A stretch of DNA of 64,000 bases from the human T2T-CHM13v2.0 reference genome, Homo sapiens: NCBI RefSeq assembly GCF_009914755.1, contig NC_060926.1; one strand, written 5' to 3'. A program made the position numbers and the translations under genes. This document shows, piece after piece, positions 41,318-57,100 of the stretch. The notes under the pieces were generated by a model. It saw nothing but the letters and a program-made list of their open reading frames with translations, had not been told where the DNA came from and ran no database searches. Within the stretch, counting starts at the first letter, position 1, and every line of letters starts with the position of its first letter.

Positions 41318-42881
<1,564 letters not shown>

Positions 42882-42884
42882 AAT

Positions 42885-45800
42885 CATTCCATTCCATTTG
42901 ATGATGATTCTTTTTGATTCCATTCGATGATGTTTCCATTCGATTTCATTCGATGATTCCATTCGATTCCATTCAATGATGATTCCATTCGAGTTCATTG
43001 ATTATTCTATTCCGTTCCATTCGATGATTCCATTCAAGTCCATTCAAAGATTCTATTTGTTTCCATTCGATAATTCCTTTTGATTCCATTTGATAATTAT
43101 TCCATTCAAGACCATTCGATGATTCCATTCAAGTCATTCGATGATGATTCCATTCGATTCCATTCGATGATGATTCCATGCGATTCCATTCGATGATGAC
43201 TCCTTTCGTTTCCATTTGATGATGATTCCATTCGGTTGCATTCGATGATTTTTCCTTTGGATTCCATTTGATGATGATTCCATTTGACTCCATTTGATGT
43301 TGATTCCTTTCAATTCCATTCAATGATGATGCCATTTGATTCCATTTGATCATGATTCCTTTCGGTTTCATTCGATGATTCCATTCGATTCCATATGATG
43401 ATGATTCCATTCGTGTACATTTGATGATTCCATTCGATTCCATTCGATGATGATTCCATTCGATTCCATTCGATGATTCCATTCGCTTCCTTTCGATGAT
43501 TCCATTCGCTTCCTTTCGATGATTATTTCATTTGAGTCCATTCGGTGATTCCTTTTGATGCCATTTGAAGATGATTCCATTCGTGTCCATTCGATGATAC
43601 CACTTGATACCATTCGTTCATGATTCCATTCGAGTGCATTCAGTGATACCATTTGATTCCATTTGATGATGATTCCATTCGATTCCATTCAATTCCATTC
43701 TATGATGATTCCATTCGAGTCCGTTTGATAATTCCATTGGACTCCATTTGCTGATGATTCCATTCAATGAGTCCATTTGATTCTATTTGATGATGATTCC
43801 CTTCGATTTTGTTCAATGCTGATTCCATTCAATTCCATTCGATCATTCTATTTGATTCCATTCGATGATTCCATTCGATTACATTCAATGATGATTCCAT
43901 TTGATTCCATTCAATGATTCCATTCGATTCTATTTGAAGATGATTCCATTCAATTCCATTCGATGATGACTGCATTCGATTCCATTTGATGATTTCATTT
44001 GATTCCATTCGATGATGATTCTTAACAATTCCATTCAATGATTTCATTCGATTCCATTCGATGTTGATCCCATTCGATTCCATTCAATGATGATTCCATT
44101 CGAGGCCATTCGATGATTCCATTTGATGATGATTCCATTTGATTCGTTCTGATGATTATTCCATTCGAGTCCATTCGGTGATTCCTTTTGATGCCAATTG
44201 AAGATGATCCCATTTGAGTCCATTCAATGATACCATTCGATACCATTCATTGATGATTCCATTCGATGATTCCATTCAATTCTATTTTATGAAGATTCCA
44301 TTCGAGTCCATTTGATGATGCCATGGGACTCCATTTGACGATGATACCAATCAATGATTCCATTTGATTCCATTCGATGATGCTCTCATTCGATTTTGAT
44401 CAATGCTGATTCCTTTCAATTCCATTCGATGATTCCATTTGATTCCATTCGATGATTCCATTCAATTCCATTCGATGATGATTCCATTCGATTCCTTTTG
44501 ATGATGACTGCATTCGATTCCATTTAATGATTCCATTTGGTTCCATTTGATGATGATTCTGATTGATTCCATTTGATGATTCCATTCGATTCCATTCGAT
44601 GATTCCATTTGATTCCATTTGATAATGATTCCATTCGAGTCCATTTGATGATTCCATTCCAGCCCATTCGATAATTCCATTTGAGCCCAATCGATGACTC
44701 CATTCGAGACCATTCAGTCATTTATGAGTCCATTCAATGATGATTCCATTCGAGTCCATTCAATGATTCCATTCGAGTCCATTTGATAATTCCATTTGAG
44801 TTCATTCGATCATTGCTTTTGATTCAATTCAATGATATTCCATTCAAGTCCTTTAGATGATTCCATTCGATTCTCTTTGATGATGATTCCATTAGTGTCC
44901 ATTCAATGATTCCATTCCATTTCATTTGATGACGATTCCTTTCGAGTCCATTATATGATTCCACTCGATTCCATTTGATCATGATTCCATTCGAGTCCAA
45001 TCAGTGATTCCATTCCATTCCATTCGATGATGATTCCATTCGATTCCTTTCGATGATTCCATTCGATTCCATTCGATGATGATTTCATTTGAGTCCATTC
45101 GATGATTCCATTTGATTTCATTCAATGATGATTCAATTCCAGCCCATTCGATGATTCTATTCGAATCCATTTGATGATTGCTTTTGATTATATTTGATGA
45201 TGATTCCATTCGAGTCAAATCGATGATTCCATTCGAATCCATTCGATGATCATTCACTTCGAGTCCATCTGATGATTCCATTTGATTCCATTCTCTGATG
45301 ATTACATTCGAGTCCATTCGATGATTCCACTCAATTCCATACAATGATGATTCTGTTCAGTTCCATTCGATGATTCCATTCTATTCCATTCAATGATGAT
45401 TCCTTTCGAGTACGTTAGATGATTCCATTTGATTCCATTCGATGATGATTCTATTCATGCCCATTAGGTTATTTCACACGAATCCATTCATTGATGATTC
45501 CATTCGAGTCCATTTGATGATTCTATTTGATTCCATTCGATGATGTTTCCATTCCATTGCATTCTTTGGTGATTCCATTCAATTCCATTCATTGATTCCA
45601 TTCCATTCAATTTGACATTTATTCCATTTGATTCCCTTCTATTATTCCACTCAATTCCACTTGATGATGATTCCATTCGAATTCATTCGATGATTCCATT
45701 TGATTCCATTCAATGATGATTGCCTTCGATTCCATTCAATGATTCCATTTGATACCATTAGATGATGATTCCATTCGATTCCATTTGATTATTCCATTCG

Positions 45801-48102
45801 AGGATTCCATTCAATTCCATTTGATGATGATTCCTTTCGAGTCCATTCAGTGATTTCATTAGAGTCCATTCAGTGATTTCATTCGAGTCCATTCAATGAT
45901 TCCATTCGATTCCATTTGATGATTCTATTCAAGTCCATTTCATCATTACATTCGGGTCCATTCAATGATTCCATTCGATTCCTTTTGATGATGATCCCAT
46001 TCGATTCCATTCGATGATGATTCCATTCGAGCCCATTCGATGATTCCATTCAATTCCATTCAATGACTCCAAACGATTTCATTTGATGAAGATTCCATTC
46101 GACTCTTTTTGATGATTCCATTCAATTCCATTCAATGATTCCATTTGATTTCATTCGATTATTCTATTCTAGTCCATTCGATGATTCCATTTGATTCCAT
46201 TCGATGATATTTCCATTTGATTCCGTTTGATGAGGATTAAATTCGATTCTGTTCGATGATTCTGTTCGATTCAATTCAATGATTCCCTTCGATTCCTTTT
46301 GATGATGATTCCATTCAATCCATGCGGTGATGATTCCATTCGATTCCATTCGATGACGACTGCATTCGGTTCCATTCGATGATGATCCCCATAGATTCCA
46401 TTTGATTTTTCAATTTGATTCCATTCGTTGATGATTCCATTTGATTACATTAGATGATGATTCCATTAGATTCCATTCGATGATGATTCCATTCAATTCC
46501 ATTTAATGATGATTCCATTCAATTCCATTCAATGATGATTCCATTCTATTCCATTTGATTCCATTCGATTCCATTCGATGATGATTCCATTCATATCCAT
46601 TCAATCATTTCATTTGATTGCATTTGATGAGGATTCCATTCAATTCCATTCTATGATTCCATTCGATTACCTTCAATGATCATTCCGTTTGAATCCATTT
46701 GATGATTCCACTCGATTACATTCCATGACTCCGTTCTATCCCATTTGATGTTTCCCTTCGATTCCTTTTGACGATGATTCCATTCGTTTCCATTCGATGA
46801 TGCTTCCATTCGATTCCATTCAATGATGATTCCATTCGTTTCCATTCGATGATGCTTCCATTTGATTCCTGTCAAAGATTCCATTCAATTCCATTCGATG
46901 ATTTTTCCATTCGATTCGATTCGATGATGAGCCATTTGACTCAATTCCATGATTGTTCCTTTTGATTCAATTCGATGGTGTTTCCATTCAATTCCATTCG
47001 ATGATGATTCCATTCGATTCTCTTCGGCAATGATTCCATTCAAGTCCGTTCGATGATGATTCCATTCTAATTCATTTGATGCTTCTATTCGATTCCATTT
47101 GATGATGATTACGTCTGATTCCATTCGATGATTCCATTCCATTCCATTCGGTGATTATTCCAATTGATTCCATCTGATGATGATTCCATTCGATTTTATT
47201 CGATGACGATTCCATTCAATTTCATTCGATGATGATTCCACTCGATTTCATTCGATGCTGATTCCTTTCAATTCCATTAAATGATTCCATTTGTTTCCAT
47301 TTGATGATTCCATTCGATTACATTCAACAATGATTCCATTCGAGTCCATTCAGTCTTTTCATTTGAGTCCATTGTATGATGATTCCATTCGAGTCCATTC
47401 GATGATTCCATTCGAGCCCATTTGATAATTCCATTTGAGTCCTTTCGTTGATTGCTTTTGATTCCTTGTGATAATATTCCATTCGAGTCCATTTAATGAT
47501 TCCATTCGATTCTATTTGATGATGATTCCATTCGTGTCTATTAAGTGATTCCATTCGATTTCATTCGATGATGATTCCTTTCAAGTCCATTAGATGATTC
47601 CATTTGATTCCATTTGATGATGATTCCATTCGAGTCCATTCAGTGATTCCATTCGATTCCATTTGATGATGATTCCATTCAATTCCATTCAATGATTCCA
47701 TTAAATTCCATTCTATGATTATTTCATTCGAGTCCATTTAATGATTCCATTGTGTTCAATTCGATGATGATTACTTTGGATTCCATTCCATGATTCCATT
47801 CTATTCCATTCATTGATGATTACATTCGATTCCATTCAATGATGATTCCACTCGATTTCATTCAATGATTCCATTCTATTCCATTCGATGATGATTCAAT
47901 TCTATTACATTGGACGATTGCATAGGATTCCATTTGATGATGAATCCACACGATTCCATTCAATGATGAGTCCATTGGATTCCTTTCAATGATGATTCTA
48001 TTTGAAACCGTGTGATGATTTCATTCAATTCCATTCGATGATGATTCCTTTCGAGTCCATTCGATGACTCCTCTCGATTCCATTCGATGACGATTCCATT
48101 TG
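42885..48102 (-). repeat. HSat2, CATTC orientation on + strand (continuation after the L1)
   Basis: Same ATTCCATTCGATGATGATTCC pattern as 39799-41317. Confidence 0.95.
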
Positions 48103-51100
48103 GGAATCGAATGGAATCATGGAGTGAAATCTAATGGAATCATCATCGAATGGAACCAAATTGAATCATCATCAAATGGAACCTAACGGGGTCATCATCG
48201 AATGGATTCTAATAGATACATCATCTAATGGCATTGAATGGAATCATCATTGAATGTAATCGAATGGAATCATCAAATGGACTCAAATGAAATCATCATC
48301 GAATGGAATCGAATGGAATCATCGAATGGATACAAATGGAATCATCCTCGAATGGATTCGAATAGAATCATAGTTGAGTGGACTAGAATGGAATCATCAA
48401 ATAGACTCGAATGGAATCATCGAATGGACTCGAAAGCAATTGGCATCAATGGGATCGAATGTAGTTATCATCTAATGGAATCGAAAGGAATCATCTTCAA
48501 AAGTAATTGAACGGAATCATCATCGAATGGAATTGAATGGAATCATTGAATGGAATTGAATGGAATCATCATCAAAAGGAATTGAAATGAATCATCGAAT
48601 GGAATCAAATGGAATCGAATGGAATCATCATTGAATGGACTTGAATGGAATCATCATCGAATGGAATAGAATGGAATCATTGAATGCATTCGAATGGAAT
48701 CATTGAATGGACTCGAAGGAAATCATCTATTGGAATCAAATGGAATCAGCGAATGGACACAAATGGAATCATCATCGAATGGAATCGAATGGAATCATTG
48801 AATGGACTCTAATGGAAATATCATGAAATTGAATTGAAAGGAATCATCATGGAAATGAATAGATTGGACTCATGGAATTGAATCAAGTGAAATCATGTAA
48901 TGGAATTCAATAGGATCATCGAATGGACACGAATGGAATCATCATCGAATGTAATCGAATGGAATCATCAAATGGACTCAAATGAAATCATCATCGAATG
49001 GAATCGAATGGAATCATAGAATGGACACGAATGGAAAATCATCAAATGGAATTGAAGGGAGTCATTGAATGGACTCGAATGGAATCATCGCCAAATTGAA
49101 TCAAATGGAATCATCGAATGGCATCGGATGGAGTCATCATCAAATGGAATCAAATGGAATCATTAAATGGACTTGAATGGAATAATCGAATGGACTCGAA
49201 AGGAATAATCATCAAATGGAATCGAATGAAAACTTCGATTGGACTCAAACGGAATGATCATGAATGGAATCAAGAGGAACCATCGAATGAAATTGAATAG
49301 AATCAGTGACAGGAAGTGAATGGAATCATCATCGAATGCAATCAAATGGAATCATCTAATGGAATCGAATAGAATCATCATTGAATGGAATTGAATGGAA
49401 TCATTGAAAGGAATCGAATGGAATCATCATCGAAAGAAATCTAATGGAATCATCGAACAGCATCAAATGGAATCATCATCGAATGAAATCAAATGGAATC
49501 ATCAAATGGAATCGAGTAGAATCATCATTGAATGGACTCGAATGGAATCTTCGAATGGACACGAATGGAATCATCATGAAATGGATTTGAATGGAATCAT
49601 CGAATGGACTCGAATGAAATCATCATCGAATGGACTCGAATGGAATCATCAAATAGACTCGAATGGAATCATCATCGAATGGAATCAAATGGAATCATCA
49701 AATGGACTGGAATGGAATCATCATCGAATGGCATCAAATGGAGTCATCGAATGGACACGAATGGAGTCATCATCGAATGAAATTGAAAGGAAACATTGAA
49801 TGGACTCGAATGGAATCATCATCTAATGGAATCAAATGGAATCATCGAATGGACTCGAATGCAATCATCCAATGGACTCGAATGTAATCATCATCAAATG
49901 GAATCAAATGGAAATAATGAATGGACTCGAATGGAATCATCATTGAATGGAATCAAAAAGAATTATGATGGAATGAAACCGGATTTTATCAATGACTGGA
50001 ATCGAATGGAATCATAATCGAATGGAATCGAATGGAATCATCGAATGCACTCGAATGGAGTCATCGAATGGAATCGAATGGAATCATCAAATGGACACGG
50101 ATGGAATCATCATCAAATGGAATCGAGTGGAATCATCGAATGGACTCAAAAGGAATCATCATCAAATGGAATTGAATGGAATCATCAAATGGAATCGAAT
50201 GGAAACATCATCGAATGCACTCGAATGGAATCATTGAATGGAATCCAATGGAATCATTGAATGGACTCGAATGGAATCAACATACAATTTAATCGAATGG
50301 AATTTAATCAAATGGAAATATCATCAAACTGAATGAAATGGAATCATCATGGGATTGAATTGAATGGACTCATCATCAAATGGAATGGAATCATCATAGA
50401 GTGGAATCAAATGAAATCATCATCGAATGGAATGGAATGGAATCATCATCGAATGGAATCGAATGGAATCATCAAAGAGAATGGAATGGAATCATAAACA
50501 AATGGAACCTAACGGAGTCCCCATTGAATGGAATGGAATGGAATCATCATCGAATGGAATCGAATGGAATCATCATCGAATGCAATCAAATAGAATCATC
50601 ATCAAATGGAATCGAATTGAATCATTATCGAATGGAATGGAATGGAATCATCATCGAATGGAATCAAATGCAAACATCAAATGGAATCTAAAGGAATGAT
50701 CATCGAATGGAATTGAAGGGAATCATCGAATGGAATTGAATGGAGTCATCGAATGGAATCAAAGAGAATCATTGAATGGACTCGAATGGAATCATCACAG
50801 AATGGAATCGAATGTAATCTTCGAGTGAACTCGAATGTAATTATAATTGAATGGATTCAAATGGAATCATCCAATGGACTCAAATAGAAACATTATCAAA
50901 TGGAATCGAATGGAATCATCGAATAGAATTGAATGGAATCATCATCGAATGGACTCAAATGGAATCATCATGGAATGGAATAGAATGGAATCATCGTACG
51001 TACTCGAATGGAATCATCGAATGGACTTGAATGGAATCATCAAATGGAATCATCTAATGGAATGGAATGGAATCATCATCGAATGGAATCGAATGGAATC

Positions 51101-54100
51101 ATCAAATACTCTTGAATGGAATCATCATCAAATTGAATTGAATGGAATCATCAAATGGAATTGAATGTAATCATCACTGAATGAAATCGAATGGAATCAT
51201 CAAATGGCATCGAATGGAATCAACTTCAAATGGAATCGAATGGAAACATCGAATGGCATCGAACTGAATCAACTTCAAATGGAATCTAATGGAAACATCG
51301 AATGGACTCGAATGGAATCATCAACAAATGGAATTGAATTGAATCATTGAATGGACTCGAATGGAATCATCATTCAATGGAATGCATGGAATCATCATCG
51401 AATGGAATTGAATGGAATCATCAAATGGAAGAGAATGGAAAAATCATCAAATGGAACCAAATATAATCATCGAATGAAATCGATTGGAAACATCATCGAA
51501 TGGAATTGAGTGGAATCATCATCAAATGGAATCGAACGGAATCATCATCCAATGGAATCAAATGGAATCATCATTGAATGGAATCAAAGGGAATCATCAA
51601 TGAATGGAATTGAATGGAATCATCGAATGGAAATTAACGGTATCATCAAGCGGTGGAACCGAATGGAATCATCATCAAATTGAATCTAATGGAGTCATCA
51701 TCGAATGGAATTGAATGGAATCATCGAATGGACACGAATGAAATCATCATCAAATGGAATCGAGTGGAATCATCAAATGCACTCAAAAGGAATCATCATC
51801 AAATGGAATCAAATGGAATCGAATGGAATCATCATCGAATGGACTCTAATGGAATCATCGAATGGAATCCAATAGAATCATCGAATGGACTCGAATGGAA
51901 TTTAATTGAATGGAATCATAGAATGGACTCAAATGGAAATATTATCAAATTTAATGAAAAGGAATTATCATAGGATGGAATCGAATGGACTCATCATCGA
52001 ATGGAATCAAACGGAATCATCATAGAATGGAATCAAATTGAATCATCATCGAATGGAACCGAATGGAATCGTCATCGAATGGAATCGAATGGAATAATCA
52101 ATGAATGGAATCGAATGGAATCATCAAACGGAATGGAGTGGAATCATCTTCTAATGGAAACTAATGGAGTCCTCATCGAATGGAATCGAATGGAATCATC
52201 ATCGAATGGAATCGAATGGAATCATCGAATGGAATTTAATGGTATCATCAACCAATGGAACTGATTGGAATCATCATCAAATGGAAACTAATGTAATCAT
52301 CATCGAATGGAACCAAATGGAATCATCATCGAATGGAATGGAATGGAATGATCATCGAATTGAATCAAAGGGAATCATCCAATGTTATCTAATGGAATCA
52401 TTGAATGGAATCGAATGGAATCATTTAATGGACTCGAATGGAATCACCATCAAATGGAATCGAAAGGAATCTTCGAGTGGACTCGAATGGAATCATCAAT
52501 GAATGGAATTGAATGGAATCACCGAATGCACTCAAATAGAAACATCATCGAATGAAATCGAAAGTAGTCACTGAAAGGAATCGAATGGAATCATCGTCGA
52601 ATGGAATCATCAAATGGAATGGAATGGAATCATCATCGAATGTAATCCAATGGAATCACCGAATGGAATCGAATGCAATCATAATCGAATGGAATCAGAC
52701 GGAATCATCTAATTGAATCGAATATAGTCTTCATCGAATGAAATCACATGGAATCATTGAATGGATCTGAAAGGAATCATCATCCAATGTAATCGCATGG
52801 AATCAAAGAATGGAATGGAATGAAATCATTAAATAGATCTATTGGAATCATTGAATGGACTCTGATGGAATCATCATCGAATTGAATCGAATGGAAATAT
52901 CATCAAATGGAATCAAATGGAATCGTCATCAAATGGAAACGAATGGAATCATCAAGGAAAGGAATAGAATGGAATTATCTTCGAATGGAATCGAATGGAA
53001 TCATCATCGAATAGAATCAAAAGGAATCATAGAATGGAATTGAATGGAATCAACATCAAAAGGAATCGAAGTGAATCATCAAATGCAATCGAATGGAATC
53101 ATCACTGAATGCACTCGAATGGAATCATCATTGAATAGAATCAAATGGAATTATCGAATAGACTTGAATGGAATCATCGAATGGAATTGAAAGGAATCAC
53201 TGAAAGGAATAGAAGTGAATCATCATCAAATGGAATCAAATGGACTCATCGAATGGAATAGAATGGAATCATCACTGAATGGAATCACATAGAATCATGG
53301 AATGAAATCAAATTGAATCATCACCAAAGGGAATTGAATGGAATCATCATCAAATGGAATCATCACCGAATGGAAATGAATGGAAACATCAACGAATGTA
53401 ATAGAATGGAATCATCTAATGGAATCTAATGGAATCATCAGATGGAACCGAATGGAATCATCATCAAATGGAACCTAAAGGAGTCATCATAGAATTGAAA
53501 CAAATGGAGTCAACATCAAATGGAATCGAACGGAATCATCATCGAATGGAATCAAATGGAATCATCATCAAATGGACTTCAATGGAATCATCGAATGGAC
53601 TTGAATGCAATCGTCATCAATGGAATTGAGTGGGTTTATCATCAAATGGAATTGAAAGGACTCATCATTGTAAGGAATCAAATGGAATCATCATCGAATT
53701 GAATAAAATGGAATCATCATCAAAAGGAATCAAAGTGAATCATAGAATGAAATCCAATGGAATCATCAAATGGAATCAAATGGAATCATCATCAAATAAA
53801 CTGGAAAGGAATCATCATCAAATGGAATAGAATGGAATCATCAAATACATTCAAATGGAATCATCAAATGGACTCGAATGGAATCATCAAATGGAATCAA
53901 ATGGAATTATAAAATGGACACGAATGGAATCATTATTGAATATAATCGAATGGAATCATCGAATATTCTCGAATGGAATCATAATCGAATGGAATCGAAT
54001 GGAATCATCATCGAATGCACTTGAATGGAATCATCAAATGGACACGAATGGAATCATCAAATGGAATCGAATGGAATCATCGAATGGACTGGAATAGAAT

Positions 54101-57100
54101 CATCTTGGAATGTAATCGAATGGAATCATTGAATGGACTCGAATGGAAATATCATCGAATTGAATGAAATGGAATCATCACGGGATTGAATCGAATGGAC
54201 TCATCATCGAATGGAATGGAATGGAATCATCATCGAATGGAATTAAATGGAATCATCATCGAATGAAATCGAATGGAATCATCAATTAATGGAATCAAAT
54301 GGAATCATCAAAAGGAATGGAATGGTATCATCAACGAATGGAAACTAACGGAGTCCTCATCGAATGGAATAGAATGGAAACATCATTGAATGGAATCGAA
54401 TGGAATCATCTTCGAATGGAATCGAATGGAATAATCATCGAATGTAACAGAATGGAATTATCGAACGGAATCGAACGGAGTCATCAAGTGGAATCAAAGA
54501 GAATCATTGAATAGACACGAATGGAATCATCACAGAATGGAATCGAATAGCATCTTCGAATGAACACGAATGTAATTATAATTGAATGGAATCGAATGGA
54601 ATCATCCTATGGACTCTAATAGAAACATCATCAAATGGAATCGAACAGAATCATTGAATAGAATCGAATGCAATTATCATCAAATGGACTCAGATGGAAT
54701 CATCATGGAATGGAATAGAATGGAATCATTGAATGTACTCGAATGGAATCATTGAATGGACTTGAATGGAATCATCTAATGGAATCGTTGAGTGGATTAG
54801 AATGGAATATCATCGAATGGAATCAAATGGAATCATCGAATAAACTTGAATGGAATCATCAACAGATGGAATTGAATAGAATCATCGAATGGAATCAAAT
54901 GTAACCATCATCGAATGAAATTGAATGGAATCATCAGTTGGTATTGAATGGAATCATCATCAAATGGAATTGAATGGAAACATCAAATGGACTCGAATGG
55001 AATCATCAACAAACGGAATTGAATTGAGTCATTGAATGGACTCGAATGGAATCATCGAATGGAATCGAACGGAATCATCATCCAATGGAATGCATAGAGT
55101 CATCATCGAATGGAATTGAAAGGAATCATTGAATCGAAGAAAATGGAAACATCATCAAAATGAACCGAATGTAATCATCTAATGAAATCAAATGGAATCA
55201 TCATCGAATGGAAGCGAACGGAATCATCATCAAATGGAATTGAATGGAATCATCATCGAATGGAATCGAATGGAATCATCATTGAATGGAATCGAATGGA
55301 ATCACCAATGAATGGAATCGAATGGAATCATCGAATGGAATTTAATGGAATCATCAAGCAATGGAACCGAATGGAATCATCATCAAATGGAATCTATTGG
55401 TGTCATCATCGAATGGAATTTAATGGAATCATCACCGAATGGAATCAAATGGAATCATCATCGAATGGAATCGAATGGAATAATCATAGATTGGAATCGA
55501 GTGGAATCATCGAGTGGAATCAAATGGAATGATCATCGAAAGGAATCGAATGGAATCATTGAATGGACTCAAATGGAATCATCATTGATTGGAATCGAAT
55601 GAAATCATCTAATGGAATCGAATGGAATGATCATTGAATGGAATCGAAGGGAATCATCGAATGGAATCGAATGGAATCATTGAATGGAATCAAATGGAAT
55701 CATCGAATGGAATCGAATGGAATCATAATCGAATGGAATCGAATGGAATCTTTGAAAGGCCTTGAAAAGAATAATCATCGAATGGAATCGAATGGAATCA
55801 TCGAATGGACTCGAATAAAAACATCATCGAATGAAATCAAATGGAAAAATCGAAAGGAATCAAAAGAAATGATCATCGAATGGAATCATCTCATGAACTG
55901 GAATGGAATCATCATTGAAAGGAATCGAATTGTGTCATAGAATGGACACGAATTGAATCGTCATGGAATGGAATTGAATGGAATCATCGAACAGACTCGA
56001 ATGGAATCATCATCGCATGGAATCGAAGGGAATCATCAAATGGAAATGAATGGAATCATCAAATGGAATTGAATAGAGTCACCATCGAATGAAATCCCAT
56101 GGAATCATTGAATGTATTTGAAAAGAATCATCATCCAAAGGAATTGAATGGAATCAATAAATGGAATTGAATGGAATCATCATCTAATGGAATCGAATGG
56201 AATTATCGAATGGAATCGAAAGGAATCATCATCGAATTGAATAGAATGGAATCATCATCGAATGGAATTAAAAGGAATCATCATCTAAAGGAATCGAAGT
56301 GAATCATTGAATGGAATAGAACGAAATCATCGAATGGAATTGAATGGAATCATCGTCGAATGGACTTGAATGGAATCTTCATTGAATGGAATCAAATGGA
56401 ATCATCGAATGGACTCGAATGGAATGATCGAATAGAATCGAATAGAATCATCAAATGGAATCGAATGGAATCATCTTCGAATGGAATGGAATGGAAATGT
56501 CGAATGGACTCGAATGAAATTATCATCGAATGGAATCAAATGCAATCAGCGAATGGAATCAAATGCAATCATAATCGAATGGAATTGAATGGAATCATCG
56601 AATGGAATCGTTTGGAATCATCATCGAATGGAATCAAATGGAATCATCAAATGGCATCAAATGAATCATCATGAAATCGAATCGAATGCAGGCATCTAAT
56701 GGATGTGAATGGAATAATCATCTAATGGAAATGAATGGAGTAATCAAATGGACACGAGTGGAATTTTCATTGAATGGAATTGAAAGGAATCATCATCAAA
56801 CGGAATTGATTTGAATCATCATCAGATGGAATCGAATGGAATCATCAAATGGAATAGAAAGTAATCATCATCGAATGGAATTGAATAGAATCATCGAATG
56901 AAAACCAATGGAATCATCATTGAATGGAATCGAATGGAATCATAATCAAATGGAATATAATGGAATCATCAACGAATGGAATCAAATGGAATCATCATCG
57001 AATGGAATTGAATGAAATCATCAACAAATGGAATCCAATGGAATCATCATCAAATGGAATGGAATGGAATCATCGAATGGGGTTGAATGGAATCATCGAA